Shown here one piece after another: positions 1-64,000 of a stretch of DNA of 64,000 nucleotides. The DNA lies in contig OX597837.1 of NCBI GenBank assembly GCA_951406725.2, positions 32,302,001 to 32,366,000 on the forward strand. The letters run 5' to 3'. The position numbers were made by a program, and so were the translations under genes. This stretch comes from Octopus vulgaris (taxonomy: Eukaryota). The stretch's first letter is position 1, and the number at the start of each line of letters is the position of its first letter. The notes below the pieces were generated by a model. The model ran no database searches. It saw nothing but the letters and a program-made list of their open reading frames with translations, and had not been told where the DNA came from.

Positions 1-894
1 CCAGGTGATCCATAGGTGTAAATATGTTGCTCTGGAGATCAGAAGAGCTAGCCTTCTACATATGCATTGATTCATAATTGTACAATTGTACAGGCAATGT
101 ATAATATGCATATTGGTGCAGACATGTAAAATAATTTATTATACTCTGAAATTAATATTGCATGATGCGGGTTGTGAAACAGCTGTAACCCTATGGATAA
201 CAAGTGGTTAAATAAATATATTCATCTTTCATATCTGCTGATGTTTTATGGTCTATACAGTCCTCATGAAATAATTTCATGGAGTGGATTTCAACTGCAT
301 ATAACTCTGTGTGTGTGTATGTGTATGCGTGTGTGTATGTGTGTGTAAATATGTATCATAACCATTGTCGACATCATCATCATTTAATGTCCACGTACCA
401 TACTCACATTGGTTCAGATGATTGGACAGGATCCAAGATGTCCAAGGACTTCCTCATGCCCCAGGGTCTGCTTCAGAACGGTCTCTATGACTGGATGCCC
501 TTCCTTATGCCAACTCCTTTACAGTGAACGCTGGATGCTTTTTTTTCATGTCACCAGCACTTGTGAAGTCACCTTGGACTTTACAAGACTATGAAACCCA
601 ACAGAGGTGACTTTGTGCTATGAGATGAAAGGTTAAAGTTTGAGAGAAAAGGTCAGAGCGAAGCAGTTTACTTTCTGTATAGAAGCTACAGGGCTAAGCA
701 CCCATTACACTCTTGGCATGGTTGGCATTAGGAAGGGCATCCCAGTTGTAGAAACCATGTCATATCTGACTGGAACTTGGTGCAGCTCTCCAGCTTAACA
801 ATTCCGGACAAACCATCTAACCCATGCCAGCAAAGAAAGTGAATGTTAAATGATGATGATGATGATGATGATGATACACACACATGCACAAGCA

Positions 895-963
895 TAGATA
901 GACAGATAGATAGATAGATAGATAGATAGATATATAGATAGATAGATAGATAGACAGACAGGC

Positions 964-1027
<64 letters not shown>

Positions 1028-1065
1028 TGACAAATAGTTAGATAGATAGATAGACAGGTAGACAA

Positions 1066-1102
<37 letters not shown>

Positions 1103-1183
1103 CAGACAGACTGACAGACAGACAGACAGACAGACAGATAGACAGACAGATAGACAGACAGACAGACAGGAAGACAGACAGAG

Positions 1184-1266
<83 letters not shown>

Positions 1267-1305
1267 CAAATAGATAGATAGATAGATAGATAGACAGGTA
1301 GACAA

Positions 1306-1351
<46 letters not shown>

Positions 1352-1362
1352 GGATGGATAGA
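895..1362. repeat. (GATA)n/(GACA)n compound microsatellite
   Basis: Direct reading. Confidence 0.95.
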
Positions 1363-1590
1363 GATACATGTGCTCATGCACACACAAAGGATGTGAGATG
1401 ACTTAATTGTCCTATCTCACAAATTACCTTTCACATAATAACGACAATCAATTTACTGAAACACCTGTTGGTTTCTAAATGTTAAATACTAATTACATTT
1501 TCTGCTTATTATTCCACACACACACACACACATATGCTCACACACATGCATGCATGCACACATAAATGCACACACATTCTCATATACACG

Positions 1591-2016
1591 TACTCTCTTT
1601 AATCTTTTTTACTCTTTGACTTGTTTCATTCATTTGACTGTGGCCATGCTGGAGTACCGCCTTTTAGTCAAGCAAATCGACCCCGGGACGTATTTTTTTG
1701 TAAGCCCAGTACATATTCTATCGGTCTCTTTTGCCAAACCGCTAAGTGATGGGGACGTAAACACACCAGCATCGGTTGTCAAGCAATGCTAGGGGGACAA
1801 ACACAGACACACAAACACACACACACACATACATATATATATATACATATATACGACAGGCTTCTTTCAGTTTCCGTCTACCAAATCCACTCACAAGGCA
1901 TTGGTCGGCCCCGGGGCTATAGCAGAAGACACTTGCCCAAGATGCCACGCAGTGGGACTGAACCCGGAACCATGTGGTTGGTTAGCAAGCTACTTACCAC
2001 ACAGCCACTCCTGCAC
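1591..2016 (-). mobile_element. tRNA-derived SINE, family A (CORE-like segment GGCACCTTGGGCAAGTG, internal TG/TA tract)
   Basis: A/B-box-like head on the minus strand; near-identical copies at 39389-39796 and 61819-62211. Confidence 0.85.
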
Positions 2017-2122
2017 CTATAGTACCACTTCTGTTTATTCCTTAACCATTTTTCAATATATCAATACCTGAAACTAAGTTTTCCTCTTTTATGACTCCTC
2101 TATATTTCTTTATTTTTTTTAG

Positions 2123-62486
<60,364 letters not shown>

Positions 62487-62851
62487 GTAAGAAAACAAAG
62501 GAAAAATCTTTCTATTTTTTTTGTCCTGCAACTCATTTATCGGATCCAACATCTGACTTTTTTTTGTCTCTAAACTTTGGCTCATTTCAGAATAATGTTG
62601 ATTCATTTCAGCCAATGTATGTATGTATGTATGTATGTATGTATGTATGTATGTATGTATGTATGTATGTTTGTATGTATGTATTATGCATGTATGCATA
62701 TATGTATGTATTTATGCATGTATGTATGCATGTTCTGTGTATATATATATATATAGTTAATCCAAACAAGAAAACACAGAAAAAAACACAGAACGCGAGG
62801 ACATGGAACAATTAAAGTATTATTTGACGCTCAGGAAAGAAGGGAAGGAGG

Positions 62852-62886
62852 GTTTAACGTTTCGAGCGGAGCTCTTCGTCGGAAAC
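62852..62886 (-). ncRNA. Minimal type-I hammerhead-ribozyme-like motif (variant core)
   Basis: Minus strand: GUUU-CCGACGA-A-GAGC UCC GCUC-GAAA CG U U-AAAC. Confidence 0.5.
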
Positions 62887-63140
62887 AAGGAGAAGGAAAG
62901 ATCCCAAGAAGGGAAGACAGAGGAAAAAAATATTTTTGCTGGTGGTGCTCAAGAGATCATATATATACAAATTGAGATAGGGGTTGTAAATGCAACCCTC
63001 CATGGGATAACATATATCCAATATACTGCTAGTGAAGTACCCAACAAAGTTAATACATAAATGTTAATGATTGCGATGCAATCAATTCATTTACTGTATT
63101 ATATGGGCAAAGGTAAAATGATTTACCACAAATTACTAAT

Positions 63141-63665
63141 ACAAGATAAGAAAATGGAGAAACACATCTAAATCAAATATCAATTACACGATAATACTCA
63201 ATCACATACTTTATTAAACCACCACATAAGAGACTGTAGGGTTAAATATAAAAAGTAGAACAAATCAGTGTACATAAAGGAATGTACATAAAAAAGTGTA
63301 CATAAAAGAGCAGTGTTGTATAATAAGTAGAATATATATAAAATATATATAAAATACCAATATTGGTAAAATGAGACATACTTATCTACATGGCTGAAAC
63401 AGCTGTAAGATGTAATCTATACTTATATTTATATTTACTTATATTTATATTCTCTTTTATATATATTCTACTCATTATACAACACTGCTCTTTTATTCTT
63501 TTATGTACACTTTTTTATGTACATTCCTTTATGTACACTGATTTGTTCTGCTTTTTATATTTAACCCTACAGTCTCTTATGTGGTGGTTTAATAAAGTAT
63601 GTGATTGAGTATTATCTGGTAATTGATATTTGATTTAGATGTATTGCTCCATTTTCTTATCTTGT
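63141..63665. repeat. Long inverted repeat with arms of about 205 bp and a spacer of about 110 nt
   Basis: 63141-63343 pairs with 63455-63665 with few mismatches and one indel of about 10 nt. Confidence 0.92.
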
Positions 63666-64000
63666 GTATATATATATATTTATATACGTATGAGTGTACG
63701 TACATGCATTTGCAGGGATGTAAATATGTATGTTCTGTATGTATGTATGTCTGTAAGTATGTATGTATGTATGTATGTATGTATGTATGTATTTATGTAT
63801 GTATGTGTGTGTGCATGTATGTATTTATGTATGTATGTATGTATTTATGTATGTATGTGTGTGTGCATGTATGTATGTATTTATGTATGTATGTGTGTGT
63901 GCATGTATGTATTTATGTATGTATGTATGTGTGTGTGTGCATGTATGTATGTATGTATTGGCATGTAAAAGGCACCATTCGAGCGTGATCGTTACCAGTG

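Noticed and set aside
1-2122. Fibrillin start/signal-peptide exon or promoter
   Set aside because: No signal-peptide exon with a furin site and phase-2 donor was recognisable; it probably lies upstream of the window.

Overview
Eukaryotic, AT-rich, microsatellite- and SINE-dense genomic DNA. The repeat families look like those of a coleoid cephalopod, most likely Octopus; this is inferred, not proven. The whole window lies inside one + strand fibrillin gene. I traced 29 coding exons between 2123 and 62486 (about 3,680 nt, about 1,226 codons). They encode the N-terminal 4-Cys/FUN region, 2 EGF, hybrid-1, 2 cbEGF, TB1, EGF, 5 cbEGF, TB2, 3 cbEGF, hybrid-2, cbEGF, TB3 and 7 cbEGF. The signal-peptide exon lies upstream of the window and the rest of the gene downstream. 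Differences from human fibrillin-1: one N-terminal EGF apparently missing, no Pro/Gly-rich hinge, one extra cbEGF before TB2, different intron positions in TB2 and TB3, and a GC-AG intron. The introns hold several tRNA-derived SINE families with shuffled modules, RTE and CR1/L2 LINE fragments, MITEs (8-bp-TSD and TTAA types), a non-autonomous Helitron, an LTR+PBS remnant, a 4.6-kb higher-order tandem array bounded by (TTA)n, several long fold-back hairpins and minimal hammerhead-ribozyme-like motifs. Nearly all long ORFs in the supplied track are translations of microsatellites. I found no convincing new protein-coding system; the best leads are the non-coding structures. Repeat coordinates are approximate, while exon coordinates were read from splice sites.
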